A stretch of 64,000 nt of DNA from a virus, in IMG/VR virus record IMGVR_UViG_3300028831_000229, positions 53,942 to 117,941 of that record. One strand, given 5' to 3'. This document shows, piece after piece, positions 26,324 to 36,500 of the stretch. Each line of letters starts with the position of its first letter. Position 1 is the stretch's first letter. The position numbers were made by a program, and so were the translations under genes. A model generated the notes under the pieces. It made no database searches. It was not told where the DNA came from and was given only the letters and a program-made list of their open reading frames with translations.

Positions 26324-27136
26324 ATGGGCAAGCAGAAAATCAAGTCGGCGGCATCGATCATCAAGGAGAGCATCAGCAAGGACCCTGGACCGTTCAAGGC
26401 CATCCGCGTCTCCACCTGCGTGCCGAACGACTGGAACCCGAACAAGATGGATCCGTCGACGCGTGACAAGCTCGTCCGCGGCATCAAGATGCTGCGCGAC
26501 CAAGGTGCTGAGGTGCCGCCGATCATCGTGCGTCGGCACCCCGACAAGACCGTTGCGAAGTACCAGATCATCGACGGCTTCCATCGCTGGGATATCTACC
26601 GCGCCGATGGCATCGAGCGCATCAACGCCTTCGTCCTCAACGTCGACACGAAGACGGCGATGATCCTCACCGACACGCTGAACTACCTGCGGGGCGAGCC
26701 GGCGCCGGACGATTACGCGGAATACTTCCGCCGGCTCATCACGGAGACGCAGACGCCAGTCGCCGAGCTTGGCGAGCTGGTGCACAAGAACCCCGATGAG
26801 ATCGAAGCCATCCTCGATGCCTACGACATCGAGATCGAGCACATCGACGTCGTGGTGGAAGGGGACGGCGAGTCGCGCGCGAAGGACGAAGACGACGTGT
26901 TCGTCGAGGTGAAGTTCGTCATGTCGCGGTCTCAGCAGGAAGTCGTCGAGCGTGAGCTGTCACGCATCGGTGCGCTGCTCAACGGCAAGAACATCCGCGG
27001 ACGCGCTCTCGAGTACATGGCGGTCAACAGCTCGCAGACCGAGCTGGACAACCTGATGGGTCAGGGCGTCGCCGACGTGCCGAAGAAGGAGAAGCTCTCG
27101 AAGCTCAAGAAGAAGATGAAGGAGAAAGCAGCATGA
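26324..27136 (+). CDS. ParB/Srx N-terminal domain protein (IbrB-like)
   Basis: PNDWNPNKM, PPIIVR, YQIIDGFHRW, N..RG. Confidence 0.88.
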   Translation: MGKQKIKSAASIIKESISKDPGPFKAIRVSTCVPNDWNPNKMDPSTRDKLVRGIKMLRDQGAEVPPIIVRRHPDKTVAKYQIIDGFHRWDIYRADGIERINAFVLNVDTKTAMILTDTLNYLRGEPAPDDYAEYFRRLITETQTPVAELGELVHKNPDEIEAILDAYDIEIEHIDVVVEGDGESRAKDEDDVFVEVKFVMSRSQQEVVERELSRIGALLNGKNIRGRALEYMAVNSSQTELDNLMGQGVADVPKKEKLSKLKKKMKEKAA

Positions 27137-27456
27137 TCGGAGACGACGATTTCACCTTCATGGCCGACTCGTTCCCAGGGCTGGTCTCTCAGCTCCAGGA
27201 GAGCGCGGTCAAGCAAGCGGAAGACGCTCACCTCGCTGATCGCGAGAAGCGTCGCGCGCTCGCGGAGGCCAACAACCAGGGGCTCAACATCTCGGAGCTG
27301 TCGATGGCCGCGTTGGAGTCGCATCGTGCGAAGCAACAGCTCGAAGCGGACATCGACAAGATCAACCAAGAAGCCGCAGACGCGGCAGCAAAGAAGGAAG
27401 CCGATGCCAAGCAACTCCCCCAAGACCGGTTCCCCGCGCCACCAATCACCGTATAG
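27133..27456 (+). CDS. hypothetical helical protein
   Basis: AAGGAG RBS; ATGA overlap. Confidence 0.7.
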   Translation: MIGDDDFTFMADSFPGLVSQLQESAVKQAEDAHLADREKRRALAEANNQGLNISELSMAALESHRAKQQLEADIDKINQEAADAAAKKEADAKQLPQDRFPAPPITV

Positions 27457-27622
27457 CGCGTCGCCGTACGGCGTCGGAGCCAACCAGGACTTTCGATGCA
27501 CGTGCGGCTACCGCTTCATCGGCAAGAGCGCGACGTGTCCGAATTGCGGCAACCTCGCCAAGTCGGAAGGCGAGATCACGCGCAAGGTCGACGACGCGCC
27601 CGACCTCTTCAAGGCAGGCTAA
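27404..27622 (+). CDS. zinc-ribbon protein
   Basis: FRCTCG...TCPNCG. Confidence 0.65.
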   Translation: MPSNSPKTGSPRHQSPYSASPYGVGANQDFRCTCGYRFIGKSATCPNCGNLAKSEGEITRKVDDAPDLFKAG

Positions 27623-27625
27623 CCC

Positions 27626-28069
27626 ATGCGCACCTTCGCTCAGCTCTCACTGCTCGTCACGAAAGACCCCGACCAGCGCCTCAAGCTGTTCGACCAGCTG
27701 CTTGCGCTCGACGACTCCGACGCGAACACGGCGAAGACGTTCCAGGCGAGCGACATCACGCTCTCCGCGAACGCGACCGACACCGCGGTCGCGTTCGGTG
27801 GCGTGACGAACGCCGACACGCTCCTCATCATCGCGTACCAGGAGATCGCGGTGAAGCTGAACGCAGGTGGTTCGCCCGGCACGCAGCAGTCGTTCCGCGT
27901 GAAGCCGCTGCCGCTGACCGGCAGCGCTGATCCACTGTCGTCGTTTCAGCTCGCCGACCAGCCTGGTGTGCTCTTCATTCGCGGTAAGGTCACGAGCATT
28001 CACCTCAGCAACCCGAGCAGCGGTTCTACCGCTGAAGCGGTCATCGTCCTCGTTGGCGAGGCTTCGTAA
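27626..28069 (+). CDS. hypothetical protein, possibly virion structural
   Basis: Beta-rich, small-residue composition; start of the head gene region. Confidence 0.7.
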   Translation: MRTFAQLSLLVTKDPDQRLKLFDQLLALDDSDANTAKTFQASDITLSANATDTAVAFGGVTNADTLLIIAYQEIAVKLNAGGSPGTQQSFRVKPLPLTGSADPLSSFQLADQPGVLFIRGKVTSIHLSNPSSGSTAEAVIVLVGEAS

Positions 28070-28078
28070 GGAGACACC

Positions 28079-29026
28079 ATGACGGCTCTATCAGTTTTCC
28101 CCGGCCAGACCGCGAAGGAGGTCTCGCCGAATCCGAAGTGCAACAACTGCCTCCACTACATGAGCAACGGCGGTCGCTCCGGCGTCTGCGTCATCGGCTT
28201 GAGCCCGTGGCTGTGCGGTGATGGCGACAACCAGGTCGCCGGCTACGCTCCGCTGGATGGCCAGGCTCCGTCCGATCCCGGCAGCTTCGCCGATCCGGGT
28301 CGTGCGAACGCGAACGTTGACCAGCTTCAGATGGTGCCGATGTCGCTCACCGTGCTCGGCGACGAACACGCAGAGATGGCGAAGAGCATCCACGACGAGC
28401 TGGATCGGCCGCAGAAGATGTGCTGCCCGCTCCACCAGAACTCCGGCGTCGCGAAGAGCTACAACGCGAGCGTCGGTGCCGTCGTGTGCCAGTGCAAGCG
28501 CATCGCGAGCAAGAGCGTGGCGCAGAAGCTGTGGAAGGCGCTCGAGAACAAGGAGCGCGTGCACCTGACGTTCAACGACGTCGTGTTCTTCGTGCGTGGC
28601 ATCCGCAAGGGCATGACGCCGTTCGACATCGCCATCTCGAAGCTCCACGCCGGCACCGACAACTCCGGTCTGAACAAGTCGCTCTACGCGCCGGACAAGC
28701 TCAAGCTCGGCGACAACAACGCGCTCGCGAAGAGCCTCTACGGTGACGACTGGACGTCGCAGTTCACGGGCACGCCGTTGTTCGACGAAGCCGTGAAGCT
28801 GCGTGAGCGCGAGATCGAGCATTGCGAGGCTGAGCTGAAGCGTCGCATCGAGCGCGCAGCGCAGCGGAAGAAGGAGGCCGCGCAGGCGGCGAAGATCCAG
28901 GCCGAGAGCCCGTACGATTACGAGGCCGAGTACCAGCGCGACGAGAAGCTGCGCATCGACAAGTCGAAGCTGATGCTCAAGCTCCAGCAGCACCGCAACA
29001 AGCAGCTCTCGCCGAAGAAGGGATAG
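28079..29026 (+). CDS. head-region protein with multiple K-[S/A/G] motifs
   Basis: TAAGGAG RBS; MAKS, VAKS, LWKA, IRKG, LNKSLY, LAKSLY; directly before the portal gene. Confidence 0.75.
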   Translation: MTALSVFPGQTAKEVSPNPKCNNCLHYMSNGGRSGVCVIGLSPWLCGDGDNQVAGYAPLDGQAPSDPGSFADPGRANANVDQLQMVPMSLTVLGDEHAEMAKSIHDELDRPQKMCCPLHQNSGVAKSYNASVGAVVCQCKRIASKSVAQKLWKALENKERVHLTFNDVVFFVRGIRKGMTPFDIAISKLHAGTDNSGLNKSLYAPDKLKLGDNNALAKSLYGDDWTSQFTGTPLFDEAVKLREREIEHCEAELKRRIERAAQRKKEAAQAAKIQAESPYDYEAEYQRDEKLRIDKSKLMLKLQQHRNKQLSPKKG

Positions 29027-29029
29027 CCC

Positions 29030-30877
29030 ATGCAGGTCGAACCGACTCCACCAGCGTATCCGGTCACACCGGACATGCGAAAGGCGTTCGCCGACGCGTT
29101 CGAGGAGCTGCGCGACAAGGCGTGGACTCTCGAGCCGTCCACTGCGGTGAAACCCTCACCGCAGCAGCCGAAGTCGTGGCTCACCGATCCGTACGCACTG
29201 ATGGAGACGGTCGGCATGGGCTACCGCAACGCACCGAGCGTGTTGACGTTCGATACGCTGCGCATGACTGGCGATCGGAACACCGTCATCGCGGCAATCA
29301 TCCTCACGCGCGTCAATCAGGTCGCTGCGTTCTGCCGCCCGCAGGAGAACAAGTACAGCGTCGGCTTCAAGATCAGGTTGCGCGGCAGCGCGCACATGCA
29401 TCGCCGGCCGACCAAGGAAGAGAACGCGAAGGCGCAGTTCATCGAGCACTACCTTCTCAACACCGGGCTCGAGTTCAACCTCGGACGTGATGGCTTCGAG
29501 CAAGGCGTGCGCAAGCTCGTTCGCGACTCGCTGACCTACGACCAGATGACGTTCGAGAAGGTCCGCACGTTCGGCGGTCGGCCGCACAGCTTCCACGTCG
29601 TGCCGGCCGACACCATCCGCATCGTGGCGCCGAAGATCCCCAAGGGCACGCCACCGGATCGAGCGGATCTGAAGCGCCAGCTCAAGTACGTGCAGGTCAT
29701 CAACGGCGAGATCGTCACCGAGTACACGCACGACGAACTCGCGTTCGCGGTGCGCAACCCGCGCTCGTACATCAAGGTCTACGGCTACGGTCTGCCGGAG
29801 ATCGAGGTGCTGATGACGACCGTCACCTCGCACCTCTGGGCGGAGGAGTGGAACCGGCGGCAGTTCTCGCAAGGCTCGACGATCAAGGGCGTCGTCAACT
29901 TTCAGGGCAACATCCCGGCTCAGCAGTTCGAGGCGTTCAAGCGCCAGTGGTACGCGCAGATCAGCGGTGTGAGCAACGCGTGGAAGACGCCGGTGGTGAA
30001 CACCGACGGCATGACGTTCATCCCGCTTCAAGGGAACAACGTCGAGATGGGGTACCAGATGTGGATGGAGTACCTCATCAAGATCGCGAGCGCCATCTAC
30101 CAGATCGATCCGGCCGAGATCAATTTCGACCTCCGTGGTGGCTCGCAGCAGCAGCCGCTCTTCATGTCGTCGAACGAGGCGCAGCAGAAGGTCAGCAAGG
30201 ATCGTGGGCTCCAGCCGCTGCTCCGGTTCGTCGAGGACACCGTCAATCGGCATGTGGTCTGGCAGATCGATGACGCCTTCGAGCTGGCGTTCGTGGGCCT
30301 CGATGCCAAGACCGAAGACCAGGCGATGCAGCTGCGCCAGCAGCAGGTCACCACCATCTACACGCTCAACGAGGTGCGTGCGATGGAGGACTTGCCACCG
30401 CTGAAGCACGGCGACATGCCGCTGAACCCTGTCTACGCTGGTGCCAAGCAGCAAGCTGACATGGCGGAGCAGCAACAGCAGATGGGTGGCATGCCTGGCG
30501 GCGCACCTGGCGGTGGAGGCATGCCTGGTGGTCAGCCAGGCATGCCTCCTGGCCAGGACCAGCAGGATCAAGGTCAGGAGGCCGAGCCTGGCGGTCAGCC
30601 GGCGCCAGCACAGCCGTATGCGGGTCGCTTCGCCGGCAAGCAGCCTGGTCAGGAAGAGAAGCAAGGCGCCGACAACCTGCGGCGTTTTCACGACGAGGCC
30701 AGCGACGATTCGACCTCATCGCCGGAGCGTGGTGACCACGAGACGTCATCGGACAGCGACGACTCGTCGGAGGACAAGCGCTACGTTCATCTTCACGACT
30801 GGGACTCGACAGTGCACGCGTCCGTCAACGACAACGACCTCGTCAAGTCGACCGTCGTCTACGACGTCATCGAGTAG
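29030..30877 (+). CDS. portal protein
   Basis: IILTRVNQV, LVRDSLTYDQ, RNPRS..YGYG.PEIE, F.QG....G, NAWKTPV, IDPAEI, SKDRGLQPLL, TLNEVR; SPO1/Twort-like portal with Gly/Gln/Pro tail. Confidence 0.93.
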   Translation: MQVEPTPPAYPVTPDMRKAFADAFEELRDKAWTLEPSTAVKPSPQQPKSWLTDPYALMETVGMGYRNAPSVLTFDTLRMTGDRNTVIAAIILTRVNQVAAFCRPQENKYSVGFKIRLRGSAHMHRRPTKEENAKAQFIEHYLLNTGLEFNLGRDGFEQGVRKLVRDSLTYDQMTFEKVRTFGGRPHSFHVVPADTIRIVAPKIPKGTPPDRADLKRQLKYVQVINGEIVTEYTHDELAFAVRNPRSYIKVYGYGLPEIEVLMTTVTSHLWAEEWNRRQFSQGSTIKGVVNFQGNIPAQQFEAFKRQWYAQISGVSNAWKTPVVNTDGMTFIPLQGNNVEMGYQMWMEYLIKIASAIYQIDPAEINFDLRGGSQQQPLFMSSNEAQQKVSKDRGLQPLLRFVEDTVNRHVVWQIDDAFELAFVGLDAKTEDQAMQLRQQQVTTIYTLNEVRAMEDLPPLKHGDMPLNPVYAGAKQQADMAEQQQQMGGMPGGAPGGGGMPGGQPGMPPGQDQQDQGQEAEPGGQPAPAQPYAGRFAGKQPGQEEKQGADNLRRFHDEASDDSTSSPERGDHETSSDSDDSSEDKRYVHLHDWDSTVHASVNDNDLVKSTVVYDVIE

Positions 30878-30886
30878 GAGCACGCC

Positions 30887-33568
30887 ATGAAGCTCGTCAT
30901 CGACCTCTCGAAGGGCCGCCCGAAGGGGTCCACCAACAAGGACCACAAGTGGATCGCGCGCTACACGAACGCGAAAGGCGAGATCGTGCGCGTCTACCCG
31001 GACAAGCGGCATGGTGTGATGACGGACAAGGAGCAGCTCAAGCTGCATCCTGGTGTGTCGATCAACCAGGTCGTGAGCGACGTGATGATCGGCGGTCCGA
31101 CTGGTGAGACGAAGCGCGATGGTCGTCCGAGCGTGCGCGAAGGCGAGTTCGTGCGCTACGAGGTGGCACACGAGAGCGAGCTGCGTGACCCGCGCAATCG
31201 CGAGAACTACACGCGCGACGCGATCTCTCGCGAGAAGGTCGGGCAGTACCACGTGTTCGGCTATCCGAAGGTGCACGCCATCGAGCGCGATGAGAAAGAG
31301 AAGCCGGTGCGCTTCGCCGGCTACACGCACATCGAGTACCACCCGTCGGTGCGTGCGCACGGCTACCGGACGCCGAAGAAGATCGAAACCTTCAAGGTCG
31401 AGCCTCACGAGATCAAGACGACGGAGGAACAAGCTCCGCAACGCGGCTTCAACGCGGCGGAGCTGCCGCTCCATGGAGACCGTGGTCCTCAGCGCATCGC
31501 TGGCGGCTCTGTGTCCGGGCGCGGTCCGGTAGCGCCTCCGCACACGAAGAAGGAGCACGACTTCTCGATGGAGTCGATCGCTCGACGTGAGCAGATCGAG
31601 AACATGCGTCTCGACGAGCAGGTCGATCCGCTCTCGTTCGCGGCGAAGCTGTACGACAAGGCAGCGTTGAAGGCCAAGGAGAAGGCGACACCCGGTGCGC
31701 GTTCGGTGCTCGAGTTCCAGGACTGGCAGCTCGCGAAGTACCACGATCGTCAAGAGCTGATGGACAAGCTCCAGAAGCAACCTGTCGGCGCGCTCATCTC
31801 GCTCGGCTACGCCAAGCCGACTGCGACGTCTCGCAAGCTCAACGAGGCGCTCATCGCGGAATGGACGCCGATCATCATGGGCCTGAGCGGCGACAACTTC
31901 GCTGCGTTCAAGGAGACCGACGACTACCGCGCCGCGGCAGCGCGCGATGCAGAGCGCACGAAGCGCGGGCTCCAGCGCAACAAAGGAGGCACCGACTCGC
32001 GGAAGTACGTCAACGCGTACAAGCGAACCGTGGTGAGCGACCTCTTCCAGGCTGGCGCCGAGAAGCTGCTGCGCATCGCTCGGCAGTACGAGGTCGACAC
32101 GGAGAATCCGCGCCATCGCTTCGACAAGCTCGCCTACGCTTCGGTAGCGAATGAGATCCGCAAGCAGAGCCGCATCAAGGCAGAGGAAGCTGGCCTCCTC
32201 GTACCCGTGAAGCACGAAGGCGAGATCGAGCAGGCGATGCGCGAGAACGCGCGCGGCGGCGGATCGATGGAGCCGCTCTCGCCGCATGAGGCTGCCGAGC
32301 TGAAGCAAGTCACGCCGGTTGCGCGAACCGCGCTCGCCGAGATCATGCCGAAGCTCCCGGATGCATACAGGCGTGTCGTGGAGGCACGCCTGTGGCTCGA
32401 CGAGCCGTCGGACGGTGGCGTGCCATTGCTCGATGCTCCGCAGTCTCGCGCGGAGACGATGACGCGCAAGCAGCGTCACGAGAAGCTCGATGAGAAGATC
32501 GCAGAGGCTGAGGAGCGCGGAGAGACCGTGGCGCGCGACCGACGCAAGCCGCGTTCGTGGGAGCGCGAGTGGACCGGCTTCGGTTCGATCGCTGACAAGT
32601 ACCAGACCTGGATCGATCCAGAGACCGGTACCTCGTTCAACATCGACGAGTACAGTGTTGGCCACCAGCGTGAGGTACTCCAGAACTACTACCGCATGGG
32701 CGTCGCTCACATCATCCGCGAGCTGTCGGTGCCCGTGACGCGCACGAAGCCTGGGAAGCACGACGCGCCGGTTTCGCATCCTCGTGCGTTCCAGCCGAGC
32801 GCCGAGTGGAAGCAGCGCGAGAACCACGTCATCGTGCCGCTCACGAACAAGGAAATCGCGCGCCTCTCACCGGAGGAGCAACTGACCTACACCGCAGTCG
32901 GAGGTGAACCCCGTGTGCTCACGCAACAAGGCAAGGCTGTCAAGCGCTACCTCCAGATCGAGACCAAGCTGGCTACTCAGAATCGCCGTCGGTGGATGGC
33001 TCCTGGTCATCAGCGCGAGGTGGATACTTCGACCGTCTCGATCGAGAAGCTGAAGAAGCCGCGCGCCGTCGGTTGGAAGATCGAACACACCTCTCCGCTC
33101 GAGAACCAAGCGGTGCGCTTCTTCACGTCGTCGGCCAACCAGGCGCTGGCTGGTCGTCTCGGGATGCATGATCTGCACGAGTACGCGCAGCAGGTGCACC
33201 AGCAGAACGTCTCGCCGGGCACGTACGCGGAGAACCTCTACCGCCGAGCGCGAAAGCACTACAAGGTGTTCCACGAGGTCAACAACATGACCGACAAGCA
33301 GCTCGATCGTGAGCACAGCCAGCACGCGCGTCGTGTGCAGGTGCTTCAGAGCAAGCTGCGCACGGTGAAGGACGACGACACGCACAAGCGGATCCTCCAC
33401 GACATCTCGGTGTCCGAGGGGCGCGTGCACATCATGGACTTCGTTCGGCAGACGCGTGGCACCACCAAGAGCATGGTGGTCACCAAGAAGGACACCCCAT
33501 TGTCGCTCATCAAGGCGTTCCTCGACTACGACTTCGAGCTGGATCGGCTCGGTGTGGAGATGAACTGA
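30887..33568 (+). CDS. 893-aa head-region protein containing a sigma-70-like domain (regions 2 and 4)
   Basis: SDLFQAGAEKLLRIARQYEV...RFDKLAYASVANEIRKQSR (region 2-like); LAEIMPKLPDAYRRVVEARLWLD and REVLQNYYRMGVAHIIREL (region 4-like). Confidence 0.65.
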   Translation: MKLVIDLSKGRPKGSTNKDHKWIARYTNAKGEIVRVYPDKRHGVMTDKEQLKLHPGVSINQVVSDVMIGGPTGETKRDGRPSVREGEFVRYEVAHESELRDPRNRENYTRDAISREKVGQYHVFGYPKVHAIERDEKEKPVRFAGYTHIEYHPSVRAHGYRTPKKIETFKVEPHEIKTTEEQAPQRGFNAAELPLHGDRGPQRIAGGSVSGRGPVAPPHTKKEHDFSMESIARREQIENMRLDEQVDPLSFAAKLYDKAALKAKEKATPGARSVLEFQDWQLAKYHDRQELMDKLQKQPVGALISLGYAKPTATSRKLNEALIAEWTPIIMGLSGDNFAAFKETDDYRAAAARDAERTKRGLQRNKGGTDSRKYVNAYKRTVVSDLFQAGAEKLLRIARQYEVDTENPRHRFDKLAYASVANEIRKQSRIKAEEAGLLVPVKHEGEIEQAMRENARGGGSMEPLSPHEAAELKQVTPVARTALAEIMPKLPDAYRRVVEARLWLDEPSDGGVPLLDAPQSRAETMTRKQRHEKLDEKIAEAEERGETVARDRRKPRSWEREWTGFGSIADKYQTWIDPETGTSFNIDEYSVGHQREVLQNYYRMGVAHIIRELSVPVTRTKPGKHDAPVSHPRAFQPSAEWKQRENHVIVPLTNKEIARLSPEEQLTYTAVGGEPRVLTQQGKAVKRYLQIETKLATQNRRRWMAPGHQREVDTSTVSIEKLKKPRAVGWKIEHTSPLENQAVRFFTSSANQALAGRLGMHDLHEYAQQVHQQNVSPGTYAENLYRRARKHYKVFHEVNNMTDKQLDREHSQHARRVQVLQSKLRTVKDDDTHKRILHDISVSEGRVHIMDFVRQTRGTTKSMVVTKKDTPLSLIKAFLDYDFELDRLGVEMN

Positions 33569-36500
33569 TGCGGATGCACAAGCCAGCTACCGTTCTTCCT
33601 CTGCGTATCGCGCAGGTCCCGCTGCCGGCGTACCCGGTGCTCGGCAACATCAAGCCTGGTGGCGTGCTGCTCAGCGGCAAGCTCGCGAGCGCGGTCGACA
33701 CGCTCAAGCTGGACACGCGCGACATGCCGCCGTCGCGCTTCAAGAGCGTGCGTGACGACATCTCGCGCTACAGCCCGATCCCTGTGACGCGTGTGGCGTT
33801 GCGACGCAGCGAGCACGCGTACATCGGGATCATCGACTCGAACAACGAGCCGTACATCTTCGCGCTCAACAGCCAGGGCATCCTCGTCAAGCGCGCGCCG
33901 GACGCCGAGCACGCGTGGCAGCTGTTCGACCACTACATGGATGCCGAGCGCGCAACGGCGCTCGAGACACGGCGCTACGTCGCGGCCAAGGAGCAAGCAT
34001 CACTCGTCATCAAGGCCGACATCAAGCAGCCGGGTTCACGTGGCGGGAAGTTCTACTTCGACAAGCACGGCAAGGTGCGCTACGGCAAGCAGCCGATGCA
34101 CGATCACCACGTGCACGTCGAACTGCCGGCAAAGCACGAGCTGGAAGGTGACGCGGCAGAGCTGCACAAGCACGTTCGCAAGCAGAACCCTGCCACCGTA
34201 CACGAGGCGCGGAAGCACATCCGGTCGTGGATCAAGGACAACTACAGCGCGAACGCCAAGCAGATCGATCAGACGACCGCGCACATGCTGCGCTACTTCC
34301 ACGAGGAGGGTGCGCTCCACCTGCACCAGCACGATACGCAGCCGACCGCACAGCCGACCAAGGACGTTCCGCACTTCTTCAAGAAGCGCGAGGCGCTCAC
34401 GCGTCCGGTTCTGCCATCACCGTTCGACGCGCAAGGGACGCGTCTCCTGGTCAACGGATCGCCTGTGCGGCTGTCGGCTGACGCCGAGCACGCGTGCTAC
34501 GCGTTCGCCAAGCGCTTCCTCGTCAACGAAGGCACGGTGAAGGGTCACGCCGAGTTCGTGCGTGGCTTCGAGAAGAGTCTCCAGTCGATGGGCGTGCCGA
34601 AGGGCACCTACGACTACAAGAACTTCGTCAAGCGCATCACCACCGAGCCGGAGAAGGAGAAGGCACCGAAGAGCAAGGAGCAGCCGACGCCGAAGACGCA
34701 TCCTCACCTCTTCATCAAGCAGGACGGTCAGTTCGTCCGACTCTCGGACGTTCGGACGCCGGCAGGTAACTTCTACACCGGCAAGGGCAAGCGCGGTACG
34801 TGGGCTCGTGCTCTGCGCGAAGAGGACATCACGATGAACGTCGCCAACGGCGGCGCTCCGAAGGGTTGGAAGGGCAAGGTCATCTTCGATCCCACGAAGG
34901 ACTACTACCTCACGTGGCGTCATCCCGACACCGACGAGATCGGCTACGTCTATCCGTCGCGCGCGTCTGCCTACCAGAGGAAGTTCGAGGAGGCGTCGAA
35001 GCTCGGTCTCAACATCGACCGCATCCGCGAAGGCGTGGTGCGTGACATCGAGAAGAGCGGCAACAGCATGCCGGAGCGCGTCGCAGCGCTCTGCACCTAC
35101 TTGATCGACAAGGAGCACTTCCGCGTGGGAGAAGAGTCGCACGCTGAGGACACCGGCACGTTCGGTATCGGCTCGCTGCGCGTCGAGCACGTGAAGGTGG
35201 ACGGCAAGCACGTCATCTTCGATTTCCCGGGGAAGAAGGATGAGCCGTGGCGCCGCGTCGTCGACTTCAGCAAGATGCCGGAGGCGCTCCACATCATCAA
35301 GAGCTGCCTGGCGCACAAGCACAAGAAGGATCGCGTCTGGGAAGAGCTGGGTGGTGGCTGGTCGGTGGACAGCAAGGTCATCAACGAGTATCTCGACGGC
35401 TACTCGAAGGACGGCGTGAAGTTCACGGCGAAGATGTTCCGCACGTTCCACGCGAACAAGTACATGAAGAAGATGCTCGACACCCTCGAGACGCTGGCCG
35501 CAGAGCACGGCTGGGATGATGCGACGGTGAAGAAGATCTACAAGGGGTTCAAGGTCAACGACAGAGCCGGCAAGAAGCTGCTCGACATGAAGGCGCCTGG
35601 TGGCGGCACGGTGCGCCAGGCACTCGGTCTCGAGGAGAATCACGGCGCCAAGGGCAAAGGCAAGGCGATCATCGGCGTGCTTCCGACCATCGCAACGAAG
35701 CTCGGTCACACGGTGTCCAGCTGCCGCAACAGCTACATCGATCCGGTGCTCGTGACGCCGTTCGGCGCGAAGCATGGATGGGACGAGCGCACGCTCGGCG
35801 AGAAGAAGACGCGTGACGATCTTCCGGCGTTCGAGAAGAAGCACGTCGCGAAGCCGGCGAAGCAACCGAAGGCGCCTGCATCGCCGATGAAGAAGGCCGG
35901 GATTCCGAGCCATCAAGAGCTGGCAAAGGCCAGCGAGAAGCTGCTGACCAAGGTCACGCAGAAGCACGCCGATCTGGCTCCCATGATCGATAGCTACAAG
36001 GAGACGGCGATCAAGCGGCGCTGGAACGTGCCGGCAGAAGCGTGTGGCAATTGCGATCGTGCGACCGGAGAGTTCGTCTCACAGGCACCGGCGTCGGCTG
36101 GCTTGAAGAAGTACCGCTTCGACACCTTCACGCCGGAGGGTATCGCGCGCGTTCAGAAGCTGTACGGGATGAGCGACAAGACCATCGCCGAGATGCGGAA
36201 GCGTGACCGCAAGTCGATCAAGGACGGTCACGCTGATCCGGAAGACATGTTCCACGAAGTCGCGGTCACGCCAGACGGCACCGTGATCGACTGGACGGCC
36301 AATCAGTTTGCACAGAGCGACAAGACGCTGCCCGTTCCTTTTGTGTACAAGATTGACCACACAAAGAACAGCAAGCCGCACAGCGGCATCGAGGACGAGG
36401 AGGCGTACGCGAAGGCGCTGCCGTACGGTCACGTGGCCTACGCGCGGCACTCGAAGACCGGCAAGCTCGTCCAGGTGAAGGCGAAGGGCGTGAAGCCGGT

